NCBI RefSeq assembly: GCF_009914755.1
Contig: NC_060925.1
Source: the human T2T-CHM13v2.0 reference genome, Homo sapiens
Strand: one strand, 5' to 3'
DNA: 64,000 bases
The translations under genes were made by a program, and so were the position numbers. The notes beneath the pieces were generated by a model that did not search any database, had not been told where the DNA came from, and saw only the letters and a program-made list of their open reading frames with translations. Of this stretch, positions 46,181 to 60,440 are shown in pieces; the stretch's first letter is position 1; every line of letters starts with the position of its first letter.

Positions 46181-49100
46181 CTAACTGACCACCACTAAGT
46201 ATGTGGTTCTACCAAATGAATAAAATCACTGGCCATCCTATTAGTTTTGTCTTTGCTTAGCCTAATGATAGGAAACGAATGGAACTTTGCCATCAAACGA
46301 ATACAAGATAATCCCTATTTCTTGAATTCTTAATTGTTTTTTGGACTACTGATATATTTTACTTCATTTGGTACCGTAGTTTACATATTTTAAATAAAGT
46401 ATTATACATAATATCTTACATAAATATGAATGATTTCAAGGTGCTACATCCCTGGAATTGTTATATTTTAATCTGTTGATGTTGCTAAAACCCACAGTGG
46501 TGGCAATGTTACTAAAATTGAATTCATTCTTTCACCTGAAGGTAATGCATAAAGAGGTAAGGCCAAAATACTGAACGAAACTTAATATAGTAATTAAAGT
46601 GTGCTGTAAATTTTGCACTTCTTATTAAAGTTTAGTTTCAATTAATTAGCATCTTAGAAATAAAAAGGATAATTTTTAAAGTATTCTAATTTTCAATAAA
46701 TAAAAAGAAAATATTACTAAGATTCCTAGGATATATTGATCAATACTATCCATTAATGTAACTGAAAGTGGTTAGAAAATTTCAGGACCAACTACTGTAA
46801 ACTAAAATCAGAGCTTTAGTTCATCCATAGCCAAAAATATTTATCTCTGTGTTCTGCAGAGCATAAAGCTAGGGAAGTAAATAAGCATTGTGTGAAATTT
46901 GTGATTAAAATGAACTTCTATTTAAATAAAAAAGAAAAAGCACTTGATAAGACAGAATGTCTCCATGATGTTCCCTCCACGTTTATCTATATTTATATCA
47001 ACTATATCTGTCTATATTATCTGTATTTATATGACTAGTTAGCTAGCTGTTATTTATCTATATTTAATGTCTATACTCATATCTATAGTATAAATAATTT
47101 TCAAGCTATATATGTATGTGTATATACAGGAGTGTAATTTTTGATATAATTAACTGTATGTGTATATATGTATATCACACATGGTTTTTGATATAACTAA
47201 TGTTATAGCATTTTATATTTTTAATTTATTTACACTTATTACCATAGCAAAAATGGGATCAATATAGGATCTAATTTACATATAACTATAATTAGCAATT
47301 AACTCTTCCACATGCATTTATTTTTATTAGCATCTCTCAAAATCAGTAAGTGAATGTGCATTAGTTTCAGAAAACAACAGCAGATTAAAAATGGAAAAAA
47401 ACTGTAGAGCCAAATGAAAAGTGGTAGGAAAACAAGTTCATTACAATTTAAAATGTTAAATACTGCTAATAAATGTTTCTAATGTTAGAGTAATAGCTAA
47501 ATATCAAAACTTCTATGTAATTCATAAATTCCATCAAATATGAAATTGAGAAACACAATTTAAAAATAACCTTCTATCAGGCAAATCCTTAAATAAATAC
47601 CTGTGAAAGGAATGTGGAGTAATGTAAACACCAATTCCTCACCTATGTAATTGTTGATAGTCCTCTGAAATTCTCATTTTTTTAGCTGTTTAAACTTGTT
47701 TCTCTTTCTTTTATTAAATACAACCCTGTATTGGCATTTTCCATTTGATAGAAAAATAACCTGATACAAGCAGAATTGTCAAGAAATGTCATATGTCAAA
47801 AAATGAAGTGACAAATGAGAAAGGGCTGAGTCACTTAGAAAATATCTTGCAGACAGCCAACGGAAACAAGCACTAAATTAAAGAGAGTGGCTGGTGGAAA
47901 TAGGTCAAAACAGCCCAGTGAAGCATAGTCGTTATATGACAAAATGACCAGAAGATGTGTTTACATTACTGGTATGTAAACTACATATTATCAGAGGCTT
48001 GATATTGGTGACCTTCAAATTAAGTACCTTAATTTTGTCGGATGCTTTGGTTTTATGTTATTTACTTCTGCTTAATTTCAACATGGTGTTATTTATAAAA
48101 ATCTTGATTTAATTTGTCTTAATCAAATACTGCTCAAAGTAATTATATGGATACACTGCCAACTCAAAGACAGCTTTTCTCCTTATATGTGGTCAAAAAT
48201 TTGACATATTCATATACATTTACCCAGATTACAAAATTCTCTTTCAAATGTTGCCACACATTCTGCCACAGACATGAAGGAATTTGTGGATTTTCTCTTA
48301 GTTGCTGTCACTTCTTCTCCATGCCCTGCATAGTCCCTGAAGGATTCTAGTTGTATGTTAAAAATAAGACAATCAAAATTCTTGTCTCCCTGATTCTTTT
48401 TTTCCCACACATAACGTCAGTTAATGCTTCCAGTAATCTAACTGGTATTAGTTACCTTGCTCCCTCAGTATCAGTTCCAATTTTTAAGGAATACTCTTTT
48501 CAATGAGTGAATTAATGATCCTAAAGAAGGTTAAGTAAATCTACAATATTTTTTTCCAATCCCAAGAATGGTTATAATTTCTCAAGATATTAGACATCTA
48601 TGAAGATTGCTCAAACCCCAGTCTCTAGCCTGTTTTTTAGATATAATTATGTTCTGTAAATTTACCTGATGTTCCATAAGGCTGTGCACTCATTCACTGA
48701 AGCATTCAATTTCCAACAATTAATCTCCTCTATGCTTTAACTGAGGTGTCAGATCAGTTTCTGTAAGTTCAGTCTGAAAGGGAGGGAATATTCTCATAAG
48801 TCCTAGGACTGCCTTTACTGCTAGGTATTGTGGAACAATCTGGACTTGGACTTTCCTTTGTTGGAGGATGCTTAACCATAATTTTGATTTCTGTAATACA
48901 TGCTTGACTATTTATGTTACCTATTTGTTTTTGAGTACGAGTAGGGAGTTTCTACCTTTTGAGTAATTTCATTTAAATTGTTGAATTTATGAGCAGAGGG
49001 TGGATTATAATATTGCTTTATTAGTTTGTAAATGACTCTGTGTTTTTAGTGATGTTCTTTCTTTCATCCTGGTATTGGCAATTTGTATATTCACTAATTC

Positions 49101-49289
49101 TTTCCCTCTCTCATTGGCTGGTCAATCTGGTAGTTGTCTGTTAGTTATATGGCTCTTTTCAAAGAATCAGCTTTAGATTTCATTGACTTTCTCTATTGGT
49201 TTACAATTTTTAATTTCACCAATCTCTGCACTTAAATTTATTTTTTTATTTTTTTGTCTTTCAAGCTTGGAAGACCTTATCTTTTAAAA

Positions 49290-52200
49290 ACCACTTTATT
49301 GAGGTATAATTGACATTTTAAAAATCTGTACATATTTAATGTATATAACATGAGTTTGGAGATAAGCATATATCCATGAACCTATCATTACAATTTATAC
49401 CATAAACATACCCATCATTTCCAAAGTTTCTTCTCACCTTCTTTTTTTTTTTGGTAATAAGAACACTTAACATAAGGTCTACCCTACGAGCACATTTTTA
49501 GGTCTACAATACAGTATTGTTAAAGATAGTTACTCTGCTGTACAGTAGATCTCCAGGACTTATTCATCCAGCATAACTAAAACTTTGTAACCTTTGACAA
49601 ATGCCTCCCTGTTCCTCCTTCTCCCAGTCCCTGGCAACTACCATTCTACTCTCTATTTCTATGAAATTGATTATTTCAGATTCCTCATATAGTGGTATCA
49701 TGTAATATTTGTCCTTCAGTGTCTGGCTTATTTCACTTAGCATATTGTCTTTCAGTCTCATCCATTTGGTCTCAAATGGCAGTATTTCATTCTTTTTTTA
49801 ATGCTTAATAATATTCCATTGTATGTTTCTGTAAAAAAATTTAAATCCATCCATCAATGGACTTTTGTGTTGCCTCCATGTCTTGGCAACTGCAACTAAT
49901 GCTGCAATAAACATGGGACTGCAGATAGCTGGTTGAGATCTTGATTTCAGTTCATTTGGAGAAATACCCCTAAGCAGGATTGCTGCATCATATAGTAATT
50001 CTACTTTTCACTTTTTGAGGAAACTTCATGCTTTTTTCCAAAAGCAGCCATGCCATTTTGCATTCTTGCCAGCAGTATACAAGTGTTCCCCTTTCTCCAC
50101 ATCCTCCTCAACAATTGTTATATTGTTTTTATTTTAGTAATAGCCATCCTAACTAGAATGAGGTAATATTTTATTGTGTTTTTTATTTGTAGTTCCCTGA
50201 TGTTTAGTGATGTTGAGTGCATATTCATATATCTGTCAGCCACTTGTATGTCTTCTTTGGAAAAATACCTATTCAGTTATGTTGCCCAGTTCTTAATTTC
50301 TTAATTGGTTCATTTGTTTTTTGTTATTGTTTTGTAGAAATTCCTTATGTATTTCAGAAATTAGTCCTTTATCAGATATATAGTTTGCAAATATTTTCTT
50401 CTGTTCTGTAGGTTGCTTTTTCATTTTATTGTTTTTGTTTGTTTGTTTTGCTGTGCAGAAGCCTATTAGTTTGATGTAGTCTTACTTGTTACTTATCTAA
50501 TTTCCTTTTAGTTGCCTGTGCTTTTGGTGTTATATCCAAAAAATCATTGGCAACAACAATGTCAAGAATTTTTTTCTGTATTTTCAGCTTTATGGCCTCA
50601 CGTCTTGTGTTTAAATTTTTAATCCATTTTGAATTAAGTTTTGTATATGGTGTAAGATAAGGCTCTAAATGGAACTGAATAAATTACTAAAAATATACAT
50701 TATACCAAGGAAGAATCAAAAACAAATAGAAACTAAGGTGATTGAATCAGTAATGAAAAGCCCCCAACAAAGAAAAGCCTAGGACGAGATGACATCACAG
50801 GTGAATTCTACCAAACATTTAAAGAATAATGAATACCAATCCTTCTTAAGCCCTTCCAACAAATAAGAGATGAGGGAACATTTTCAAACTTTTTCATATG
50901 ACACCAACATCACCAGAATACCAAAGCCAGGCAAAGATACTAAGGCAAAGAACAGAAAACTCCAGGTCAGTATTACTAATTAAGATGGATATATAATTCC
51001 TCCACAAAATATGAGCAAATTAAATTTAACAGCCATCAAAAGGAGCATACACCATGACCAAGTGGGATTTATTCTGTGGATGCAATAGTGCTTCAACATA
51101 TGTAAGTTCAGTCCAAGTCATACACCACATTGGCAGAATGAAGGATAAAAATCACATGATCATCTTCATAGTTACAGGTAAAACATTTGATAAAATTTAA
51201 TTCCCTTTCATGGTAAAAAGTCTCCAACAGATTGAGTGTAGAAGAAATTTACTTCAATGCAATATAAGACATATATGATAAGCCAATAGCTAACACCATA
51301 CTCAATGGTGAAAAACTGAAAGCTTTTCCTGTAAGATTTGGAACAAGGCAAGAATGTTGATGCTTGCCACTTCTATTCAGTATAATATTGGAAGTTCTAG
51401 CTAGATAAATTGGGCAATAAAATGTATCCAATTTAGAAGTACAAATTAAATTATCTCTGCTTGTAGAGGACATAATCTTACATGCAGGAAACCCTAGAGA
51501 CCTCACCCCCCCACCACCATAAAACACCATTAGAACTAATAAATGAACTCAGTAAATTAACTGGATATAAAATCAACATACAAAAATCAGTTGCATTTCT
51601 ATACAACAACAGTGAACTATTCAAAAAATGTTTAAGAAAACAATTATGTTTACAATAGCATCGATAATAATTAAATACTTAAAAATAAACAATTGAGGTA
51701 AAAGACATGTACACTGAAATCTGTAAGACACTGATAAAAAAAATTTAAAAAGACAGAAATAAGTGGAAAGACATCTCATGTTTATACATTGGAAAAATAT
51801 TGTTAAAATGTCCACACTACACAAAGAGATGTACAAGTTCAGTTGAATTCCTATCAAAAATTAGTGGTGTCCTGCCAAGAAATAGAAAAAAATTCTAAAA
51901 TTCATATGGAACAAAAAAAGGCCAGGAGCAGCCAAAGCAATTTTATTTATTTATTTATTCATTTATTAATTTATTTATTTGAGATGGAGTCTTGCTCTGT
52001 CGCCCAGGCTGGAGTGCAGTGGTGCAATCTCGGCTCACTGCAACCTCCACCACCTGGTTCAAGCGATTCTTCTGCCTCAGCTTCCCTCAGCCTCCCGAGT
52101 AGCCTGGATTACAGGCTCACACTACCACACCTGGCTAATTTTTGTATTTTTAGTAGAGACGGGGTTTCACCATGTTGGCCAGGCTGGTCACGAACTCCTG

Positions 52201-52523
52201 ACCTCAAGCGATCTGCTCACCTCAGCCTCCCAAAGTGTTGGGATTACAGGTGTGAGCCACTGCAATTTTGAGGCAGAACAAAGTGGAAGTTATCACATAC
52301 TTCCTGACTTCTAACTATATTACAAAACTACAGCAATCAAATCTGTATGTTACTAAAGATAGGCGTATAGACCAGTGGATCAGAATAAAGAGCCAAAATA
52401 AACCAAAGAATAAACAATCAACTGATCTTTGACAAGAGTTCCAAGAATACACACTGGGGAAATGACAGTCTTCAATAAATCAAGTTGGGAAAGCAGACAT
52501 TCACGTTCAGAAGAATTAAATTG
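49290..52523 (-). mobile_element. 5'-inverted L1MA-type element (antisense to ~50668, then sense)
   Basis: Reverse L1MA terminus TTTATTGAGGTATAATTGACA; the sense piece ends AGAATTAAATTG, adjacent in consensus to the start of the antisense piece. Confidence 0.85.
51945..52263 (-). mobile_element. Alu (AluS) inside L1
   Basis: (TTTA)n tail; GCAATTTT on both sides. Confidence 0.93.
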
Positions 52524-53429
52524 CTCTTATTTCCATGTTTCTGATTGATATGGGTTCAATTTGCTCTGATTTTTCCAGTTTTCTAAAGGAGAAGATCAGG
52601 CTTCTTATTAAATATCTTTATTTCTAATAGAATCAATTAATTATATAAATGTCCTACTTACTACTGTTTAACTCTATCTGTCCAATTCTGATATATTTAA
52701 AATTCCATTCGGTCAATGGTTTTAATTTTCTTTGGGCCTTCTCTTTCAACTGACTTCTTTGACTTAATATTTGAGTCCTTCCAGATATCTTTCTGTTAAT
52801 AATTTTTGGTTTAATTTTGTCATGGTCCATAAAACATATTTCATATGATAAACTTTTAAATGTGTTAAAATGTGTTAAAAATGTGTAGTGCTCAGAATAT
52901 GGCATATCTTGGTGAAAGCTCCATGTGCACTGGTACATTATATTCCTGCTATTTTTGAGTGAAGGGTTCTCTAAATGCCAACTAAGTCGCATCGGTTAAT
53001 GGTATTGTTCAGATCTTCTAAATCCTTACTAATATCTGTTTACTTGTGAGAAACCATTTGCTGAGAGGGAAGTGGTGAAGTCTCTAACTGGAAATAGGAA
53101 TTTATTTATTTTCCCTTATAGTCCTCTAACTGAAAATATGAATTCTTAGTTTCATACATAATTTGCATATAATAATTCATAAATATTAGCTTCGATGTTT
53201 TGAAGTTCTGATGTTCATGAATATACATTTATAATTACTATGACTTCTTGGAAAATGGATTCATTATTATTATCTAAACCCTCCCTTTTCTTTGGTGATA
53301 TTCTCATTCTGAAGTCTACTTTGTCTTATAGAAGGACAGCTACTCCAACTTACTTTTGAATAGTGTTTGCGTAGTATTCTTTTTCCTATCCTTTCATTTT
53401 AACCTATCCATGTCTTTGTATTTAAATGG

Positions 53430-53560
53430 CATCTTAGCTCAAGCTGCTATAGCAGAATACCATAGTTGGGTGGCTTAAACAACAGACATTTATTTCTGAC
53501 AGTTCTGGAAGTTGGGAGGTCCAAAATGAATGTGCTGTCAGATTTGGTTCTCGGTAGCCC
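53430..53560 (-). mobile_element. MLT1/MST LTR fragment
   Basis: GCTGCTATAGCAGAATACCATAG...GGCTTAAACAACAGACATTTATTTCT...AGTTCTGGA. Confidence 0.75.
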
Positions 53561-53794
53561 ACACTCAGCCTTTATGAATTTTTAACAATTTTAGCTGAAT
53601 TCTTTTTTTAGGTATATCCAACTGGATTGGTCTCAGTTAAGAAAGTGCCTGCGTGCTATCTGTCTCTTTTCTGAGGGACTTGTTTTTCCTTAGATTTACA
53701 TCCCTAGTAGAAACCTGAAGTATACCAGTTTTCTTCTGAATGTTTACTCACAAAAAGATTTTAATATGCTTCTGTAAGGATAGTATATAACAAG

Positions 53795-54460
53795 CATCCA
53801 TTCATTCATCAAATTTTAATGAGCACTTTCTATCTGTGAGGTGCTATTCGGGAGGCTGAAGTAAGTAAAAGAGAGAAATATCAATAGGATCTTGTAGCTG
53901 GCTTTCTTTATGGAGTGAGGAGGGCAAAAAAATCAATAATATGCACATAAATTTTATGCTATTTTAAAGATTGTTAAATGCTACTGCAAAAAGTAATAAA
54001 ATAAAGAAGAAAAGGGAGATAAGTAGTGCCATTAGGTAATGACTTTCATTTTAAATGAGGTGGTCAAGAAAAGTTTCATTGAGAAGATACAATTTGGTCA
54101 GAGACTTGATAAGGTGAAGCTCATCCTGTTGATATCACCCTGTGGAGAAACAGCATTTCCAGGAGGTAAAAATAGTAAGTACAAGAGGCTCCTAGACGGA
54201 CAAGCTTGGTATTCTTGAGAGAGCAAGGAGACCAGTGTGGCTGCTATGTACAGTGGCCAAGGGGAATAGTGATAGGATATGTTAGACAGGTGGGCAATGG
54301 GCAAATTAATCCTATAAGGTCTGATATGTTATTGTACTGCCTTTGGCTTTTATTCAGAGGGACATGTAGAAACTTGGTAGGATGTTGAGTAGAGGAATAA
54401 CATGATCTTACTTTAATTTTTTAAAGTGTCACTCCAGCCACTTTGTTGAGAATAGTCTGG
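53795..54460 (-). mobile_element. L2 fragment
   Basis: CATTCATTCATCAAAT...GAGCACT; AGCAAGGAGACCAGTGTGGCTG. Confidence 0.65.
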
Positions 54461-55529
54461 GGTATTAAACATGATTGGCATAATCAAATTGTCATGCCAT
54501 TTAATAAGGGTGACCTTTAAAGAAGATTTCTCCTTTGAGTCCAATTCGGAGTTCTTTCTCCCTTCTAGTAAAATTGTATTTAATTGTCAAAAATGAAGCA
54601 TGACTTTATTCTACAATTAATGGGACTTAAAATGCTAAACTGCAAATCATAATGGCTTAAACTATACACCAGTAAAATTTGAAAAATATTCTGATGTATT
54701 TCATATAATCAATTATTTTGTGATGTGCCTACTTTGTCATTAATCGCATATATTGGGAATGTCCTGAAAGAATATATACTACATTTATAATAGTTCCATC
54801 CTTCTCAAATTTCTTTAACTTATATTTCCTATACTTCTCATTCATCTGGATACTTAAGGTTAACATTCTGAAGTTTAAAGACAAGGGAGTAACAGACACG
54901 AGTTTTTAATCTCAGCATTCTGCCACCCATTTATCCACACCAGCCCTCAAAGTAGACTCACAGTGTATAAAATTTACTGTAACTCAAATTTTCCATTAAG
55001 TTTATTTGCAGTTTTCCTGGTGGTACAGTTAGCAGAAAGCTGTTCTCATTGTGCTTTCTGTAGAACAGACCAAATTATAGCTACTAATATTTTGAAAATA
55101 ATACTGATAAACAGTATGCATATGTTTCTGTTGGTGTACTTTCATGTGGTCTGTGGTAATATTTTTAAAGAAAATCTCATTTTAATAGCTAATCACAATT
55201 TTTTCATAATTTAAACATTACATTCAGTTCAGGTTGGATCATATGAATATACTTATTTTTATTTTTTGCTGACTGCCTATCCCTCCTGTCTCCTAATAAA
55301 ACCCCCAAAATTTTGATGTGTTGGACAGATACTTCACTTCTAAATGCCAAATGGAAAAATAGTGCCTAGGATAATAGGCTCCTAATTTTGCTATCATTGT
55401 TGAATGACTGAATGTACTGTGATAACACAGTGTTTGAATTATGTTCTTATCTCCTGTATATACAACTGTTGACTTGATTTTTACCTGGATAATTTGCAAA
55501 TAACTCACATGCGATATGTCTGTAACTGA

Positions 55530-56720
55530 AACCATTTTTCCCAAATTCAAATGTGGTTCTTCTGTTACGTTTTACTGCACCACCATCCATTGGGCTCTTC
55601 AAATCAGATACCTGGAGATTATTTTTGACACATTTTTTTCATTTAACCCCTACACATAAACATTCATTAACTGACATAACTTCTGCACCTTGACTATTTT
55701 GCAAACATTTTTTATTTTTTGCATTCTACCACTGCCATTTCACTTGAAGCCATTATCTCTTACTTTGATGACTGCAATGGCCGCCCTTTTGCAAAAACTA
55801 CCGCAGCCACACTCTAATTCAATCTCTGAGAGATCATTCAGACATTCAAATCTATCAGCTCACTTCCTTCTTAAAATAATTTTGGTAGATGCCCATTGCT
55901 CATAAGGACAACATTTCAAAATATGGTCTATAAAGTCCTGACCTACACTCTCACCTAAACATCACATGACATATTCTGCTTCAGTTTTTATCTTTCAGTC
56001 GTATGTTCCTCCATCCAGTCCCTGAGATGAACCCTGAATCTCCCCTATTAGAAGTTTTTGTTAGTTCCTAGAATGATCTCACACTTCCCAGACTCTGCCC
56101 TCCCCAACACTTCATCCTGACTCTTCCCCCAACCTCTCTTTATGATCTGAGTTACATTCATTTTTCGAGTCATAGCTTAAGCATCTTGTTTTTGCTTGTG
56201 TGTGTGTGGCATTTTTTATTTTTGTTTTACTTTATAAGCCATTTGTTTTTCCTATACCCACTTCCAAAGTAGTATGTATTTTCTTTCGCCACACTGTTTA
56301 CATTTATTTATTTGTTTATTTATTTTTGAGATGGAGTTGTCTCACTCTGGCACGATCTCAGCTCACTGCAACCTCCGCCTCCTGGGTTCGAGAGATTCTC
56401 CTGCCTCACTCAGCCTCCCAGGTAGCCGGGATTACAGGCATGCACCACCATGCCTGGCTAATTATTTTGTATTTTTAGTAGAGACAGGTTTCACCATGTT
56501 GGTCAGGCTGGTCTTGAACTCCTGACCTCAAATGACCCATCTGCCTTGGCGTCCCAAAGTGCTTTACTTTTAATTGTTACATTTTTCTATATACGTTTCT
56601 CCAAATATACTGTCAGCACAATGAGGTTATGAACAATGTCTGTACTGTTCAGTGATTTATCCCAGCTCTTAGCACAGTGTTTGGGACACAGTGTTCAACC
56701 AGTAAATATTTGCTGAATGA
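55530..56720 (+). mobile_element. L2 fragment (Alu-interrupted)
   Basis: CACCACCATCCA...; terminus TAGCACAGTG...AAATATTTGCTGAATGAAT. Confidence 0.6.
56303..56563 (-). mobile_element. Alu (AluS), 5'-truncated with small internal deletion
   Basis: Alu sequence ending CCCAAAGTGCT. Confidence 0.9.
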
Positions 56721-57082
56721 ATTAATTATTAAATTCCAAATGAACTTTTGGAATGCAACAAAAATGTATCAAGTAAATTGAATAATAGAAACTCTGATTA
56801 TCTCCTAATGATGAGTTTCAGAGTAATTATAAATATTATCCTTTTAATCAGACATTTTGACAATAAATTTGAGCTTCATTTTTGTAGAATTGGTATTTTA
56901 TAGAATTTATATTTTCTAGAAAATGACTAGCTATAATCAATATTACAATAATATAATTAACATTATATTTAAAAACGATTTGAGCCAATCTCAAATTATA
57001 TACCATTTGTCTTTGAGGGAAAAAATGTATTACAATATATCCCTGGCAAGCATCCAATTTGTAATTAGAAAATATTATTCTT

Positions 57083-57406
57083 GTTCCCCTCCCTGTGTCC
57101 ATGTGTTCTTATTGTTCAACTTCCACTTATGAGTGAGAACATGCAGTGTTTGGTTTTCTGTTCCTGTGTTAGTTTGCTGAGGATGATGGTTTCCAGCTTC
57201 ATCAGAACAACACACACCAGAGCCTGTTGGGGGTTGGGGAGCAAGGGGAAGGAGAATGTTAGGACAAATACCTAATGCATACAGGACCTAAAACCTGGAT
57301 GATGGGTTCATAGGTGCAGCAAACCACCATGGCACATGTATACCTATGTAACAAACCTGCACATTCTGCACATGTATCCTGGAACTTAAAGTAAAATTTT
57401 AAAAAA
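57083..57406 (+). mobile_element. Short 5'-inverted L1PA insertion
   Basis: Antisense to 57203 then sense 3' UTR; TSD AGAAAATA(T/C)TATTCTT at 57067-57082 and 57407-57422. Confidence 0.93.
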
Positions 57407-58422
57407 AGAAAATACTATTCTTCATATATAAGAATACATCTAAGAACCTCTTAATGGCCTTTTTTTTTTTTACAGACTTTGGTGTTCTAAAAATTATTTA
57501 GAAGTTTCTTTTCCTCAACATTTGATATTTAAGAGTTATTTCAGTCCAGTTGTTGAAACTTCCAGTGCATGTGCTTGGGTTTCTATTTATAATTTAAGGC
57601 ATTAGGCAAAAGTACATGAATAGTGGAAGAAAAAACCGAATGAACAAAAAATTTTTGCCAAAAATAATGGCAAATGAGCCTACCCTAAGTAACTTTTAAA
57701 AATATTTTAATACCTATACACAAGGCAAATCCTCACATATAAATGTATCATAAACAAGATTTATAGCATGCATTTACATTATTTTTTTTTGTTAAGATGT
57801 CACTGGTTTTTGTAATGTGGAACAGATACCTAAGTTCTATTATCATTAATATGTGCCTAGTATTACTCCTTTATCTGACACTATTCATCACATTCTAATT
57901 AATCATCAAGAAACCAACTATTCTTTTTCAGATATGAACCAATAACTCTTGGGATTATTAAATCATTTTTCAAAAACATTTCATTCCTTCACGCTAATAA
58001 TTCAGTGCAAATGAAATTTCAGAATAACAGCCAGATCATATTAAATAATATTCTTTGATATTTTGTCTCATGCATGAAAATTTCATTCTGCATTTGAAAT
58101 CTGTGTTTTCTTTTCAAAGCCATTTGCAGTATTGTAATAAGCAGCAAAAGACCATTCACAAACTATAATATGAGCTTCAGTTGAAGCTGGAAAATGTTAC
58201 AGAACTTCTTGTTCTTGAAGTTTGTAAGGGTGGATTGAGTGGATTGGTCGCTGGGAACAAAAAAGAAAATGCAGGACATTATTATTTGTTTAGTAATATT
58301 TAATCTTATTTTAATCTCTATCTTTTCTCTGTTACACTTGATAAAACATCAATGATCTAATTTTCTAGAATAATTTGCAATTTATACCTGTACTCATCAC
58401 AGCACAGAAACAGAAAAATGGC

Positions 58423-58780
58423 ACTGTGATTTGAATGTTTGTTGTGTTCCCTGTTGAAATTCCAACCTCCAAGGTGATGGTATGTAGAGTTGGGACCTTT
58501 GGGAGGTCCCATCATGATCATGGGAGATCATGAGGGAGGAGCCCTCATGAATCAGATTAACACTCTTACAGGTCCAAGGGAGCTTATTTGTTCCTTCTAT
58601 CTATCATTTATAGACATAGCTGGAAGGCACCATCCATGAACCAACAAATAGGCTCTCACCAGAAATCAAATATTCCTTGATCTTGGATTTTTCAGCCTCC
58701 AGAACTGTGAGATATAAATTTCTGTTGTTTACAAGCTACCCAATCTACAGCATTTTGTTATAGCAGACCAGATTAGGACA
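58423..58780 (+). mobile_element. MLT1A-like solo LTR
   Basis: TGAATGTTTG start; CCTTGATCTTGGA...CAGCCTCCAGAACTGTGAG...TTTGTTATAGCAG end. Confidence 0.8.
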
Positions 58781-60254
58781 AATGGAAAGAAAAAATGATC
58801 TTCAAGATCCATTTACATATATTATTTCCTAAATTTATGATCTTTTTGATAAGTTGAAATTGGTATGGGTAGGTGAGAATTTCTATGTCCATTTAGTGAC
58901 ATTCAATGTGATACCAAAGCCTAAATCATCAAGGCAATTGGCCAGGAATCCTATTGTGGTTCTCATCCACCTTCATACCCAACAACCAATTCCATGATCT
59001 GGGAACTCTTGATTTATATCCTTGAACTATGGGATGGCATAGAAAACATGAAGGGAGCACTTCAATGATTCTACCTTTCACCACAGAAATTCAAGGACAC
59101 CTGCTCCTATTTATATTTTTAACAGGGACAGTATTGTTTATTATTACTGTTATTTTAAATAATCACTGAAGACATCTTTGAGTGCTTAATTCCTATTATA
59201 AATAATTGGACTTACAAACATATAAGTATAAATTAGGTAATATTAATATCTCTAACTAAATCTTAATACTTTAAAGTCCCATCTATTGCACAGTGGGACT
59301 TCAGATTCTCCAACCCTAGCCTCTTTGGATGCCCCCCTCTATCTTTCCTAATAGCATATCATAAAATAAAATCATCATTTTTTGGATATGTTTTTCTCTT
59401 CATGTGATCTATGCCATGTAATGGTGTCTTTTACATCCTGGGATTGTTATGTAATTCTCATATCTTTTTACATTCTGGAATATGTGACAAGAAGTGTTGG
59501 TGAAACATTAACCAGATACAATAATCTCAGTGGTCTATAATGTTCTATATCAGGACAGTGTATGAAAATAATTATCTTATGTAAAAATAAGAGAAATATT
59601 TGCAAGTTTGATGTAAGATGGATATATATAAGACATGGTAAAAATTAACTTATAAAATTTTGTGCTGATTTAATTATGTGCATTAAAGATGTTCTAAAGT
59701 TCTTCTTGGAGAAAGAATAAAGACATACTAATAAGAGTCATCATCAAGTGGATAATGGCAGAGGAATTGTCTAAAGAATATTATCCTCAGTCACTACCAT
59801 AAAGCATTGATACATTCCCTAAATATATTTAGCTTTACTTCTTTTCAGTACCAGTGTTGAAGCAGGAGTTAAGTGTCCCAGGTAAAACAGATCCTGATGA
59901 ATCAGTGGGCCTAGCTATTGTAATGAATGCTGCTGCACAACTGAGAGATATCAAGTGACTCCTAACCCTGGTCTGGATGCTTTTCCAATATAGAAGTTGG
60001 GATTTAGCAATAACTATGCATGAAGAATCAGTCTGGATAAGAGTGCTCACTTCTGCCTCTACTGTTTCTTTCAGTGATAGACTCACAAGCCCTATGTGGC
60101 ATCATGTAAGAATTATCTTACTCTTGAACTGAGGTATGGTGAAGGAAATGCCACATCATTTTGTTTAATTTACCAATATATCTCCAAATAAACTGCCTTT
60201 TAAGAGGCTGAGTGTTACAAAATTTTAATTTAAATGATACAAATGGCTATTATT

Positions 60255-60440
60255 CCTACATTGGAGACTACATAAAGTGGGAAGTCGGAATGGGGGTGAG
60301 GGTTGAAAAATTACCTACTGGATACAATGTACTCTCTTTAAGTGATGGGTACACTAAAAGCCCAGGCTCTACCACTATCCAATATAAGCATGTAGGAAAC
60401 CTGCATTTGTACCCCCTAAATATATAAAAATAACAAAAGT
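60255..60440 (+). mobile_element. L1PB-type 3' end
   Basis: GGGTTGAAAAATTACCTA...GATGGGTACACTAAAAGCCCAG...TTGTACCCCCTAAA. Confidence 0.8.

Larger units (their letters stand above)
48760..53420 (-). mobile_element. Old L1M host element (48760-49260 and 52525-53420) split by a younger L1
   Basis: The two flanks read as contiguous reverse ORF2 sequence (...ATCTCTGCACTTAAATTTATT / ...GGGTTCAATTTGCTCTG...). Confidence 0.6.
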
